This document shows positions 8,982 through 17,907 of a stretch of 61,470 nucleotides of DNA, in pieces. Location: contig JAGVVV010000003.1 of assembly GCA_018304615.1 (NCBI GenBank), positions 1 to 61,470 on the forward strand, in the 5' to 3' direction. Under the pieces are notes generated by a model. It searched no databases and had not been told where the DNA came from. It saw only the letters and a list, made by a program, of their open reading frames with translations. Position numbers and translations under genes: made by a program. Positions within the stretch are counted from its first letter, which is position 1. Each line of letters opens with the position of its first letter. Origin of the DNA: Candidatus Aenigmatarchaeota archaeon. Lineage in GTDB: Archaea; Aenigmatarchaeota; Aenigmatarchaeia; CG10238-14; SCSR01.

Positions 8982-10730
8982 ATGAAAAAATCTAGGAGGA
9001 TGAATCTAGAAGTTTTAATCCCTATAATAATTTTTCTCGTAGCTTTCTTCTCCAGGTTCGTCTACATAGGTAGATATTTCGGGCAGGACGAGGTCTACTA
9101 TGTCGGTTATACAAAAGATTTGATTACAGGAAGGTCGTTCACGTCAGTCTTTCCTCCATTCTTCTACTACTTCCTCTCGCCGTTCGTCGCAGCTTTCGGG
9201 GACAATTCGATAATGATCCACACGCTGATGACATTCCTCGGAGCGATTAATGTTTTAGTGGTCTATTACTTTGGGAAGAAATTCCTTAACCACACTGCCG
9301 GAATAATAGCCGCTATACTTCTCATCTTCAACACTACCCATTTCTTCTTCTCGGATTTTGCGATGCTTGATCTTCCTGTCACATTATTCTCGACAGTCGG
9401 TTTCTACTTCTTCTGGTCCTGGTACAAGGAGAGGAAAGATAGGGACTTGATTCTCGGAAGTTTGTTCACTATTTTCTCTGTGATGACTAAATATGGTTTC
9501 TTTGTAGCACTGGCCATGTTCGGATTCCTTTTCTTGTATGAAAGAAAGATTTTCAAGGACAAGAGATTCCTGCTCTTTACATTGCTTCCGTTGTTTGTCT
9601 TCGCTGCGTTCCTAGGGCTTACAAAATATTCTTCAACTTCGCAACTGATGTCACTTTTGTTCGAGGTCTCCAAGTACGCATTCCTCGGCTCTTTAGGGAT
9701 TGTCGTGGTCATACTAGCCTTCTATATCAAACTCACTCCAGACAGGAAAGCTGTGCTGATGACATTATTGCCTATGATTGTCTTCGTTGCCTGGATGTTT
9801 TTCTACATCTCCAGCCAGGGCTGGCTGTGGAACTGGTGGTCTTCCTATGTCACTGGCCAGCTCAGCATCAATCTTCCATTTTATATCTATCTTGAATCAA
9901 TCTACTCGGAGTACCTTCTCCCGATACTCACTTTGTTCATTCTGTTTGCAGTCGTGTTTCTCGAGGCAGAGAGAAGGAAAATCCACACAAAGGCAAGCTA
10001 CGTCTTTCTAGCCATATTCATTTTAGTCTATCTGTTTGTCTCTCCTCTCTATCTCCAACCGACCACAAAAGCTGTGATAGGATTCTTCTCAGTCCTGATA
10101 CTTGGAATGTACTACTTCCAGCAGAAGGACGTCTACAAGTATCTGATCTTCATCATACTCGGAGTTTTCCTTTTCTATTCTCCTCTGGGCGTGAAGTTTC
10201 CAAGATATGTCCTCCCTGCCCTCCCTGCACTTTATCTCCTTGTCGGACAGATGTTCTCTGACATCAAAAAATTCAAGTGGTTCTTCATAATCGGGATTGT
10301 TGTGTTGGTCTGGTTCGTAGTTTCGAATTTTGAGGACACTGTGAACAAGCTGATCGTCGACAAGGAGATCAATCGGGTGAAATTCCTCACGCAGGACTAC
10401 ATGAACAAGAACAGCGAGCAGTGCAGCCAAGTCTTTTCATCGACCTGGTATGGATTCTATTATGTGAGGACGAGAATTTCAGATTTGCCGAAAAACATTG
10501 ACGACCTCAAATCGACAATAAAGAATAGATGCAACTGCCCGCCTAAGTATGTGGTTTCAGAAGGTCTCCTATCTTCGAATATCAATTCTGTTCTCACGCT
10601 TGAGAAAGGATTCTCTGGCGCTGCCATCCAGTACAAGTATCTGGAAACTGGGAAGACTGATGTTACTTCTATTGCTCCTGTACAAGTCTACAGAATCAAC
10701 GATGATTTTATTAGTTCAGTTTGCAAATAA
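8982..10730 (+). CDS. GT-C membrane glycosyltransferase (GT39/PMT-ArnT-like)
   Basis: GQDEVYY acidic first loop, FPPFFYY, multiple TM helices, FPRYVLPALP motif, C-terminal extracellular domain. Confidence 0.8.
   Translation: MKKSRRMNLEVLIPIIIFLVAFFSRFVYIGRYFGQDEVYYVGYTKDLITGRSFTSVFPPFFYYFLSPFVAAFGDNSIMIHTLMTFLGAINVLVVYYFGKKFLNHTAGIIAAILLIFNTTHFFFSDFAMLDLPVTLFSTVGFYFFWSWYKERKDRDLILGSLFTIFSVMTKYGFFVALAMFGFLFLYERKIFKDKRFLLFTLLPLFVFAAFLGLTKYSSTSQLMSLLFEVSKYAFLGSLGIVVVILAFYIKLTPDRKAVLMTLLPMIVFVAWMFFYISSQGWLWNWWSSYVTGQLSINLPFYIYLESIYSEYLLPILTLFILFAVVFLEAERRKIHTKASYVFLAIFILVYLFVSPLYLQPTTKAVIGFFSVLILGMYYFQQKDVYKYLIFIILGVFLFYSPLGVKFPRYVLPALPALYLLVGQMFSDIKKFKWFFIIGIVVLVWFVVSNFEDTVNKLIVDKEINRVKFLTQDYMNKNSEQCSQVFSSTWYGFYYVRTRISDLPKNIDDLKSTIKNRCNCPPKYVVSEGLLSSNINSVLTLEKGFSGAAIQYKYLETGKTDVTSIAPVQVYRINDDFISSVCK
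10602..10645 (+). repeat. 44-bp exact direct repeat, copy 1
   Basis: GAGAAAGGATTCTCTGGCGCTGCCATCCAGTACAAGTATCTGGA, identical at 11496-11539. Confidence 0.95.
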
Positions 10731-10732
10731 AA

Positions 10733-10760
10733 CTTTAAATACTTTTCATATTAGTATGAA
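10733..10760 (+). promoter_or_regulatory. TATA box and palindromic operator of the AbrB/PIN pair
   Basis: CTTTAAATACTT 10733-10744; TTCATA-TTAG-TATGAA 10745-10760 overlapping the ATG. Confidence 0.55.
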
Positions 10761-11028
10761 TAGTATGATAAATAAGAAAATAGAGGATGTAGTTAAGGTT
10801 TCTACTAGAGGGCAGATAGTCATACCAAAAGAAATTAGGAAGAGGATGGGTGTTTCTGCTGGAGAAAGGCTTTTGGTTATGAGCGAGGATAGAGGAATTT
10901 TGATTAAAAAGCTAGAAAGTCTTTCAATGGAAGAGATAGGAGAAAGGATAGAAGCTACTGCGAAGAAGAAAGGCATAGATGTAGATAAGCTGATAGATGA
11001 GGCCACTAAATGGGCAAGGTCAAAGTAG
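10756..11028 (+). CDS. AbrB/MazE/SpoVT family antitoxin
   Basis: VSTRGQIVIPKEIRKRMGVSAGERL; true start at 10756, not the 10549 of the ORF track. Confidence 0.88.
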   Translation: MNSMINKKIEDVVKVSTRGQIVIPKEIRKRMGVSAGERLLVMSEDRGILIKKLESLSMEEIGERIEATAKKKGIDVDKLIDEATKWARSK

Positions 11029-11435
11029 TTTTTGATACCAATGTTTGGATATCAATTTTTACTAAAAAAACTCTAAGTAAAGAGTTCTCCGAAATCCTAG
11101 AGAAAGAACTTGTATCCGTTTATATCAGTGAAGAAATTCTTAAAGAAATTACCAAAGTCCTTTTTTATCCCAAAATCGAAGAACTATTAAACCTCTCAGG
11201 TGTGAATGAAAGGGACATTCTCAGGAATATCACTTCAATTTCCAATTTCGTCAAGCCTAAATTCAAATTGAAAGTCATAAAGGAAGATCCGGAAGATAAT
11301 AAAATTCTTGATTGTGCTATGCAAGTCAAAGTCGATTTTATTATAAGTGGAGATAGGCATTTACTAAAGCTTAAAAAGTTCAGGAATACTAAAATTGTAA
11401 CACCGAGAGAATTTTTGGATATAATTGTTGAATGA
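11010..11435 (+). CDS. vapC: PIN-domain toxin (putative TA toxin family)
   Basis: VVFDTNVWIS, DPEDNKILDCA, IISGDRHLL, IVTPREFL. Confidence 0.9.
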   Translation: MGKVKVVFDTNVWISIFTKKTLSKEFSEILEKELVSVYISEEILKEITKVLFYPKIEELLNLSGVNERDILRNITSISNFVKPKFKLKVIKEDPEDNKILDCAMQVKVDFIISGDRHLLKLKKFRNTKIVTPREFLDIIVE

Positions 11436-11486
11436 TTTATTTTTAAGTACTTTTCTGGATTTTACTTCCACTGATTTTCTTCGGAG

Positions 11487-11624
11487 TTAACTTTGGAGAA
11501 AGGATTCTCTGGCGCTGCCATCCAGTACAAGTATCTGGAGACTGGAAAAACTGACATGACTACTATAAATTCTGTTCAAGTTTACAGAATTGATGATTCG
11601 CTTGTCAGTTCTATCTGCAAGTGA
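11487..11624 (+). pseudogene. displaced duplicate of the glycosyltransferase 3' end
   Basis: Encodes LTLEKGFSGAAIQYKYLETGKTDMTTINSVQVYRIDDSLVSSICK*, 36/45 aa identical to the GT C-terminus; in-frame stop upstream at 11472-11474. Confidence 0.9.
11496..11539 (+). repeat. 44-bp exact direct repeat, copy 2
   Basis: Identical to 10602-10645; period 894 bp. Confidence 0.95.
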
Positions 11625-11625
11625 A

Positions 11626-13179
11626 TCACGGATATGGGAAAATCAGAGTTCTGTTTTCAATTGTCTGTGTGTGTTTTTTCCCAGAATTTATGAACGCCAG
11701 CCATTCGAACAGCTTTTCCTTCAATTCATCGGCTACTTGCGGTTCTTTGCCAATCAGATTATTTTGTTCGTATGGATCTGTTTTCAGATTGTAAAGCTCA
11801 AACTCAGGAATCGGGATGGTTTCGTTTATCACCCTTCCCCACATGGAAATGTTCTCAGAGACGTTTCTGCTCTGCCTGTAAATCAATTTCCATTCGTTCG
11901 TCCTGACAGCAAAGTCTTCATCCGGAGCAAGAGAATATCTTTCCTCCCACAGGGGCCTCTCCACGAAGACATACTTGTTGAAATCCTGAGGAGGATAATT
12001 CCCAAGAAGAGGCTTGATAGATTTTCCCTGGGCCTGGGTAGGAATCTCTATGTTCAGGAAGTCCAAGATTGTCGGGAGGATGTCTATCCCTTGGACTTGG
12101 GCATCTATGACTTTTCCGCCCGGGATTCCCGGGTTCTTGATTATCAGCGGTGAATGAATCTCAGTGTCGTATATGTCATAATGCCAGAAGTACCCATGCT
12201 CCCCCAGACCTTCGCCGTGTTCCGATTCTATTATGATGATAGTATTGTTTTCCAGTCCAAGTTCTTTCAGTTTATTGAAAAGCTTGCCTAGATATTGATC
12301 AACATAAAATATCCCGGCATCGTATCTGGCGTTTATGTATGCGACGTCCTGATCATCCAGATTAAACCCAGGATTCCTTGAGTCGTACATCAGAGTGTCT
12401 TCGAAGAAGGCGTAAGAGACGCTTATGTTCGAGACGTTCATTGTCGTTATGCTTTCGTTGGCTGTTATGTTGTAGAAAGTCCTGTTGTAGATCCTTGAAA
12501 ATAGCTCATAGTCCAAATCCAGACTTATGTTCTTCAGAGGGCCGTCGTAGTCCTTCGGGTCGAACTTGGACTTTATTTCCGGAGGGACATTTTTCGCGAA
12601 CGGCTCGTGGATTGTTCCCAATGCAAGATAGAGGAAGAAGCTGCTGTTGGTGTTGTTTTCAAGCCAACCAGAGACGTTTTCGAACTCTGGCAGAGTCCTG
12701 ATGCGTCTTTTGTTGAAGGAGTCGAAGCCGTAATGGAAGGCCGGGAACTGCCTATCTGCAGATATCTCCGGGGAAGTGGAGTAGGCTGCTGTCTTGTAAT
12801 TATAAATTTTCAGTATCTGGGCTATCGTGAGATAACTTTTGATGGTGTCATTCGGAAATTCAAGCTCATGAGCGAATGAGAGGGTGTTGTGGAAGCTCGG
12901 ATAAAGGGATGTCTGGAGTGAGGCTTCGCTGATTGGTGTTAGATAAGAATTGGAGATGTAATTCTTGAAGACTATTCCCTCTCGAGCCAGGTTATCTATG
13001 TTCGGGGATGTATCCCTAGAATATCCATATATCCCAAGGTGATCTGCGCGTAAACTATCCAGAGAAATCAGTACGACATTACACCTGTAGCAAGAGGACG
13101 TTTGATTATTTTGAGAAGGCAAGTCAATCGTGATTACTAAAATGATCAAGAAAAAGGAGAGCGCAATTTCTTCCTTCAT
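11626..13179 (-). CDS. secreted sulfatase-like hydrolase/transferase (alkaline phosphatase superfamily)
   Basis: NVVLISLDSLRADHL, SEHGEGLGEHG, HSPLIIK, ELYNLKTDPYEQNNL; nucleophile motif is LTPISEAS instead of CxPxR. Confidence 0.85.
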   Translation of the reverse strand: MKEEIALSFFLIILVITIDLPSQNNQTSSCYRCNVVLISLDSLRADHLGIYGYSRDTSPNIDNLAREGIVFKNYISNSYLTPISEASLQTSLYPSFHNTLSFAHELEFPNDTIKSYLTIAQILKIYNYKTAAYSTSPEISADRQFPAFHYGFDSFNKRRIRTLPEFENVSGWLENNTNSSFFLYLALGTIHEPFAKNVPPEIKSKFDPKDYDGPLKNISLDLDYELFSRIYNRTFYNITANESITTMNVSNISVSYAFFEDTLMYDSRNPGFNLDDQDVAYINARYDAGIFYVDQYLGKLFNKLKELGLENNTIIIIESEHGEGLGEHGYFWHYDIYDTEIHSPLIIKNPGIPGGKVIDAQVQGIDILPTILDFLNIEIPTQAQGKSIKPLLGNYPPQDFNKYVFVERPLWEERYSLAPDEDFAVRTNEWKLIYRQSRNVSENISMWGRVINETIPIPEFELYNLKTDPYEQNNLIGKEPQVADELKEKLFEWLAFINSGKKHTQTIENRTLIFPYP

Positions 13180-13233
13180 AGTTTAATATTTTATATCATC
13201 AAATAAAAACGTTGAAATAAAACCAAGTTCATA

Positions 13234-14175
13234 ATGATTTTAATGCCCATCAACACTATCACTGTAGAGCTTACAAACAAGTGTGATTTGGATTGCAAGT
13301 TCTGTGTTCCTGAAAGAGAGGAAAGCAGTCTGAAGTTCTCAACGTTCAAACACATTGTGAAAGAGAGCCAGAAGGTCGATCCGCCGATAAAGAATTTCGA
13401 GTTCGGATATTTCGGAAGCCCCTTGATGTATAAGAGATTTGAAGATGTTTTGAAGCTACTTCAAAAAAACAAACTGTCTGCCAATGTGGTTACTAACGGG
13501 TTTAATCTGAAATGGAATCTGGGTTTCATAGGCGACAAACTGATGAAAAATATCAGCGTTTCTGTATATCTAGAGAGTCTTGACGAGGCTAAATGCGACC
13601 AATTAACTGGAGTAAAGAAATATTACAAAAAAACCATCGAAGCCATGGAGTACATGAACGATAGAAGAATTCCCTACAACATATTCATGAGGATCACTTC
13701 GCTGAATTATCAGGAGATAGAGCAGATGCTGGATATTATGAAGTTCTACTACGGCCAAGGATTATTCCCAATAGAGATGTTTCCTTATACTGACGAGAGT
13801 CTGCTTCTGACGGACGAGATGAAGAAAGAAGCGATACAAAAGATAGTCGAACTACAGAATTATGGGGAAAGTATTCATAGGGTAATACAATTCTCAGAAG
13901 TTGAAGGTAATTGCAGCTATCAGAGGATGGAGAGGCTGTTTGTGAATTCTTCTGGGAATGTAGGATTTTGTCATTTTCTCACGCCATTAGAAAAAACGGG
14001 ACTTTTCAATGCAGGGAAGATGAAAATCTCCAAGATCATAGAACTGAACAACAAAGTGAGGAAGAAATACCTTACAAAAAAACCGAAGGAGTTGAAAATC
14101 TGGAAGAGGCCTAGGCAAACTGTCTCCCCGTGTAGTTACTGTTTGCACAATTTCGGGTTGAAAAAGAACTGGTGA
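13234..14175 (+). CDS. radical SAM protein with SPASM/twitch-like C-terminus
   Basis: VELTNKCDLDCKFC (CxxxCxxC), VVTNG, C-terminal NCSY...FVNSSGNVGFCHF...CSYC. Confidence 0.88.
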   Translation: MILMPINTITVELTNKCDLDCKFCVPEREESSLKFSTFKHIVKESQKVDPPIKNFEFGYFGSPLMYKRFEDVLKLLQKNKLSANVVTNGFNLKWNLGFIGDKLMKNISVSVYLESLDEAKCDQLTGVKKYYKKTIEAMEYMNDRRIPYNIFMRITSLNYQEIEQMLDIMKFYYGQGLFPIEMFPYTDESLLLTDEMKKEAIQKIVELQNYGESIHRVIQFSEVEGNCSYQRMERLFVNSSGNVGFCHFLTPLEKTGLFNAGKMKISKIIELNNKVRKKYLTKKPKELKIWKRPRQTVSPCSYCLHNFGLKKNW

Positions 14176-14176
14176 A

Positions 14177-14686
14177 CTATTTCTTCTTGTCAAAAAACCA
14201 GAAGACCACACAGATTATGAGATAAAGTAATACCAAGTTTAGGACTAGCATCCCGACATCAGCAGAATTGCACGAGTTTGTCATTCCTAGTATGTTCAGA
14301 TTCGTGCTTACGGAATTCTGGACTACCAGGGAGCTGACATCATTGTCTAGAATACAGGCCATGGCTCCTGAAGGAATGAACATTCTCGCATAGTCGAAAT
14401 TGGAGTTGAATTTTGAGAACCTGTCATATTTGGCGTTCAATTCATCTACAGTCTGGTTGAGCTGGGACTCCTTGTTGTATATCTCATTGGCATTGAGATA
14501 GCAGTTTGCTGCCGTAAGTTTGATGTCGCAGAAGGCCTGCTGGAACTCATTAGTTCCTATAATCATTATCGGAAGGGAATTAACTAGGATTTGAATCCAT
14601 AGGAATGAGAAGAACAGGATTACTATAAGGAAAATTGTCAATTTTCTCCAGTCTGGGTAAAGGAAGCTCCTCAATTTCTTGTCCAT
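14177..14686 (-). CDS. hypothetical membrane protein
   Basis: LYPDWRKL then a TM helix, a Cys-containing external loop and a C-terminal TM ending KKK. Confidence 0.65.
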   Translation of the reverse strand: MDKKLRSFLYPDWRKLTIFLIVILFFSFLWIQILVNSLPIMIIGTNEFQQAFCDIKLTAANCYLNANEIYNKESQLNQTVDELNAKYDRFSKFNSNFDYARMFIPSGAMACILDNDVSSLVVQNSVSTNLNILGMTNSCNSADVGMLVLNLVLLYLIICVVFWFFDKKK

Positions 14687-14807
14687 ATGCCTAAACTTAT
14701 TTTATTAAAAGTAGGGCTTAAAGGTGACGAATTCTTATTTTTGAAAAATCAATATTGTTTATTCCTAAAATGGAAATCTTTATATAGGGTATAACTACTA
14801 AAAAGTA

Positions 14808-16028
14808 ATGACTGTTATGGAAGAACAGTACAAAAGCCCAATTTCGAAACTTGGCCACCTAGCTGGGTCTGGAGTTAGAGACCTTTCCAAAGAACTCATG
14901 TCTCCTTTAAGTCCAATAGATGAGCAATTTAGATACACTACCGAGACTAAACAGGTTCAACGCAAGCCTGATTATTCAAGAAGACGGTTTGTTATCGGAG
15001 GTTTGGTTCTTGCAGGATTGGTTGCTGAAGAATATTTCATAGGTATTGGAAGAAAATCACTTTTTTCCTCTACCCCTACTCCTACCCCAACTAATTCTAG
15101 TACTTATTCGATGAGTTCTGGTTCTACTTCCGAGATAATTTCTCAAACTAAGACTACTCAAACTGCCACAACTAGAAGCTTGCCTGCACTTGAACTCGGG
15201 GAATATGATTTGGGCGGTTATTCTTTCCATGACTATAATGGAATGGGAAGTTTGGAAGAGAATGAACCCATTGTTGATGATATTGAAGTGGTTGCTAAAA
15301 GCGCCAACAATACATTCACAACTAAGCCTGATAATGGAGGTTTTATTTTCAGAGATTTACCAATAGCTCCTTATACTGTTACTGAAGTTCATCCTGAAAA
15401 TAAGTTTAGGTACATGTGGAGGTCTGGAGAAGAGGTTGTTAATACTAAAACTGGCTTTAAAATTGATTTTCGTGGTAAATTGAGGTTGGATATAGCAATG
15501 GGAGAAGGACTTTTAACATCACCTTATGATGTTAGAAATACATTTGTTAGTGAGAAAATTTATATGGACGAAGATCCTGCAAAAAATACCTACAAAGATT
15601 GGAGAGGTGATCCTGATCCATGTGGGGGATGTGCTGATGGTCACGAAGGTACTGATTTCTTTTTTCCAGTAGGTACTCCAGTTTATGCAGCTGCACCTGG
15701 TAAGGTTAAATATATCGATAATTGGGGTCCAGTAGGTCTTTTTCTTATTATCCAGCATGAAGATTCTTTGTCCACTCTTTCCGCTCATATGAGTGAGGTT
15801 GATGTAAGTAAAAATCAATCAATTTATAGGAGACAATATTTAGGCAAATCTGGGCAGGACAAAACAAAACGAGGAGCGATACAGTTGCATTTTGAACTTG
15901 ATCAGGGTTTTCATGGTAGTTTAACTAGGGATTCTTGGTATAGACCATTAGATCCTTATAAGTCATTATGGTTACCAAATGCACTAGGATACTGGACAGA
16001 GGAGAATAAACTTCATTTTCCAAATTAA
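14808..16028 (+). CDS. membrane-anchored M23 family metallopeptidase with an SdrD-B-like domain
   Basis: SRRRFVI + TM; GGYSFHDYNGMGSLEENEP (SdrD-B-like); HEGTDF, GTPVYAAAPGKV, AHMS, QLHFE. Confidence 0.85.
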   Translation: MTVMEEQYKSPISKLGHLAGSGVRDLSKELMSPLSPIDEQFRYTTETKQVQRKPDYSRRRFVIGGLVLAGLVAEEYFIGIGRKSLFSSTPTPTPTNSSTYSMSSGSTSEIISQTKTTQTATTRSLPALELGEYDLGGYSFHDYNGMGSLEENEPIVDDIEVVAKSANNTFTTKPDNGGFIFRDLPIAPYTVTEVHPENKFRYMWRSGEEVVNTKTGFKIDFRGKLRLDIAMGEGLLTSPYDVRNTFVSEKIYMDEDPAKNTYKDWRGDPDPCGGCADGHEGTDFFFPVGTPVYAAAPGKVKYIDNWGPVGLFLIIQHEDSLSTLSAHMSEVDVSKNQSIYRRQYLGKSGQDKTKRGAIQLHFELDQGFHGSLTRDSWYRPLDPYKSLWLPNALGYWTEENKLHFPN

Positions 16029-16315
16029 TTTGAAAACCAAATTTCTTTAATAGTAATTAAAGAACCAATCAAAATAAATATAAATGCAATAATCCCCAAT
16101 GGTAAGCCAATTATCTGACCTAAATTTGGAACATTTAACATATTACTTATATCTACGAAAGGTATATTATCATGTATTAAATAGAACAATCCACCTGTTA
16201 CAATCCATTTTAAACCTTTGTATTCTTTATCTTTTAAAAAAGAATACCTAAGTAAAGCTACCGCAAGAAAAACTATAACTGTAATATCCATTGTTGGCGT
16301 ATTGAATAATGACAT
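16025..16315 (-). CDS. small three-helix membrane protein
   Basis: 96 aa, three hydrophobic segments; follows the SDR gene in the AT-rich block. Confidence 0.6.
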   Translation of the reverse strand: MSLFNTPTMDITVIVFLAVALLRYSFLKDKEYKGLKWIVTGGLFYLIHDNIPFVDISNMLNVPNLGQIIGLPLGIIAFIFILIGSLITIKEIWFSN

Positions 16316-16355
16316 TTCTTACTTTTTAATTAGTATTTGTTAATTATAAAGATTT

Positions 16356-17108
16356 CTATGAATATCTTGTAAAAACACTATGGCCACCATCAATAATTAA
16401 AGTTTGCCCCGTTATAAAATCAGAATCTGATGATGCTAGAAAAACAACTAATTTTGCAACATCTTCAGGTTTTCCAACTCTTTTTAATGGTATAAGATTT
16501 TCAGCCCATTTTTGATATATTTTTTTGGGATAGTTAGCTTCTATTATTCCTGGAGCGATACAATTCACGTTTATATTATATTGTGCCATTTCCATAGCCA
16601 GATTCCTTGTAAAAGCAATTAATCCTGCTTTTGCTGCAGCATGAGCAGTATGTCCAATCGTTCCAGTAATTGCAACAATCGATGATATGTTTATTATCTT
16701 TCCATAATGTTGTTTTTTCATTGTAGGAATAACACTTTTTGAAAACAGAAATGATCCCTTTAAGTCTACATCAAATTGCATATCCCATCCTTCTTCGGTT
16801 ATAGTCTCTACCGGGCCCTTTACCCCTGAGCCAGCATTGTTTACGAGTATATCTATTTTTTTAAACTCATTAATTGTAGCTTCAACAACTTTCTTTATAT
16901 CTTCAAGTTTTCTAACATCACATCTCATTAATTTTACAGATTTATTGTATTTCGATTTTATTTGTTGTGATAGCAAATCAGCATTTATTTTATCAGTTAA
17001 AAAAGTAGAAACAACATCAGCCCCTTCTTTTACTAGTTCTTCGACAGCAGCTCTTCCTATGTGACCAGAGCCACCAGTTACTATTGCTACTTTGCCTAAT
17101 AATTTCAT
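16356..17108 (-). CDS. short-chain dehydrogenase/reductase (FabG-like) with His replacing the catalytic Tyr
   Basis: TGGSGHIG, LVNNAG, ISS, AHAAAKAG, INVNCIAPG, GQTLIIDGG. Confidence 0.92.
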   Translation of the reverse strand: MKLLGKVAIVTGGSGHIGRAAVEELVKEGADVVSTFLTDKINADLLSQQIKSKYNKSVKLMRCDVRKLEDIKKVVEATINEFKKIDILVNNAGSGVKGPVETITEEGWDMQFDVDLKGSFLFSKSVIPTMKKQHYGKIINISSIVAITGTIGHTAHAAAKAGLIAFTRNLAMEMAQYNINVNCIAPGIIEANYPKKIYQKWAENLIPLKRVGKPEDVAKLVVFLASSDSDFITGQTLIIDGGHSVFTRYS

Positions 17109-17177
17109 GTACTTCTATATTAATTTAATTCAAATAGTTTATATTTTCATATATCTACTAGTGATTTTATTAACATT

Positions 17178-17906
17178 TTGGGAAAAACATCAATTGTAAC
17201 TGGTGGAACAGGTAACCTCGGTAGTATTATAGTAAAAAAATTTCTAGAAGAAGGATCAGATGTAGTTTTTACTTATCTTAAAAATCAGAAGACAGTTGAA
17301 GTTCTTCAGCATCAAGCTAAGATTCTTAAAAGAAAAATACTTCCAATTAAATGTGACATTAGAAATCAAAATCATATTATAAAAGTTGTCGAGACAGCAA
17401 TCAAGAGTTTTAAAAAAATAGACATTCTTATCAATAATGCTGCCATTGAATACAGAGTTCCTACTTTAGAAACGACTAATGAAATGTTGAATGAAATTAT
17501 TGACGTCAATTTAAAAGGTCCATTTTACTTTAGTAAATTTGTCATTCCACATATGATTAAACAAAAATATGGTAAGATAGTGAATATAGCTTCCCTCGCA
17601 GGTTTAATTGGCGCTGATTCTTCTGCTGCTTATCACGCAACCAAAGCTGGTTTGATGGGCCTGACAAAAAAATTAGCTTTTGAATTTGGACCTTACAACA
17701 TCAATATCAATTCGATTGCTCCAGGTGTTATTCTTAGAAATACATTAGACAAAGAGTATATTGATTATATTGTAGCTTGGACTCCGTTAAGAAAAATGGT
17801 TAAACCAACTGACATTGCAAATGTTGCTTTATTCTTAGCTTCTCCTGAGTCAGATATGATAACTGGGCAGACTATCATTGTAGATGGTGGAACAGTAATG
17901 CTGTAA
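17178..17906 (+). CDS. short-chain dehydrogenase/reductase (FabG-like)
   Basis: TGGTGNLG, LINNAA, AYHATKAG (YxxxK), ININSIAPG; TTG start, exact start uncertain. Confidence 0.92.
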   Translation: MGKTSIVTGGTGNLGSIIVKKFLEEGSDVVFTYLKNQKTVEVLQHQAKILKRKILPIKCDIRNQNHIIKVVETAIKSFKKIDILINNAAIEYRVPTLETTNEMLNEIIDVNLKGPFYFSKFVIPHMIKQKYGKIVNIASLAGLIGADSSAAYHATKAGLMGLTKKLAFEFGPYNININSIAPGVILRNTLDKEYIDYIVAWTPLRKMVKPTDIANVALFLASPESDMITGQTIIVDGGTVML

Positions 17907-17907
17907 T

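Noticed and set aside
10549-10755. N-terminal extension of the AbrB ORF in the track
   Set aside because: It overlaps the GT 3' end in another frame; the TATA box and operator point to ATG 10756
13234-14175. Anaerobic sulfatase-maturating enzyme
   Set aside because: The adjacent sulfatase-fold protein has Thr, not Cys or Ser, at the modifiable position, and the Cys pattern is sparser than in anSME; left as a generic radical SAM
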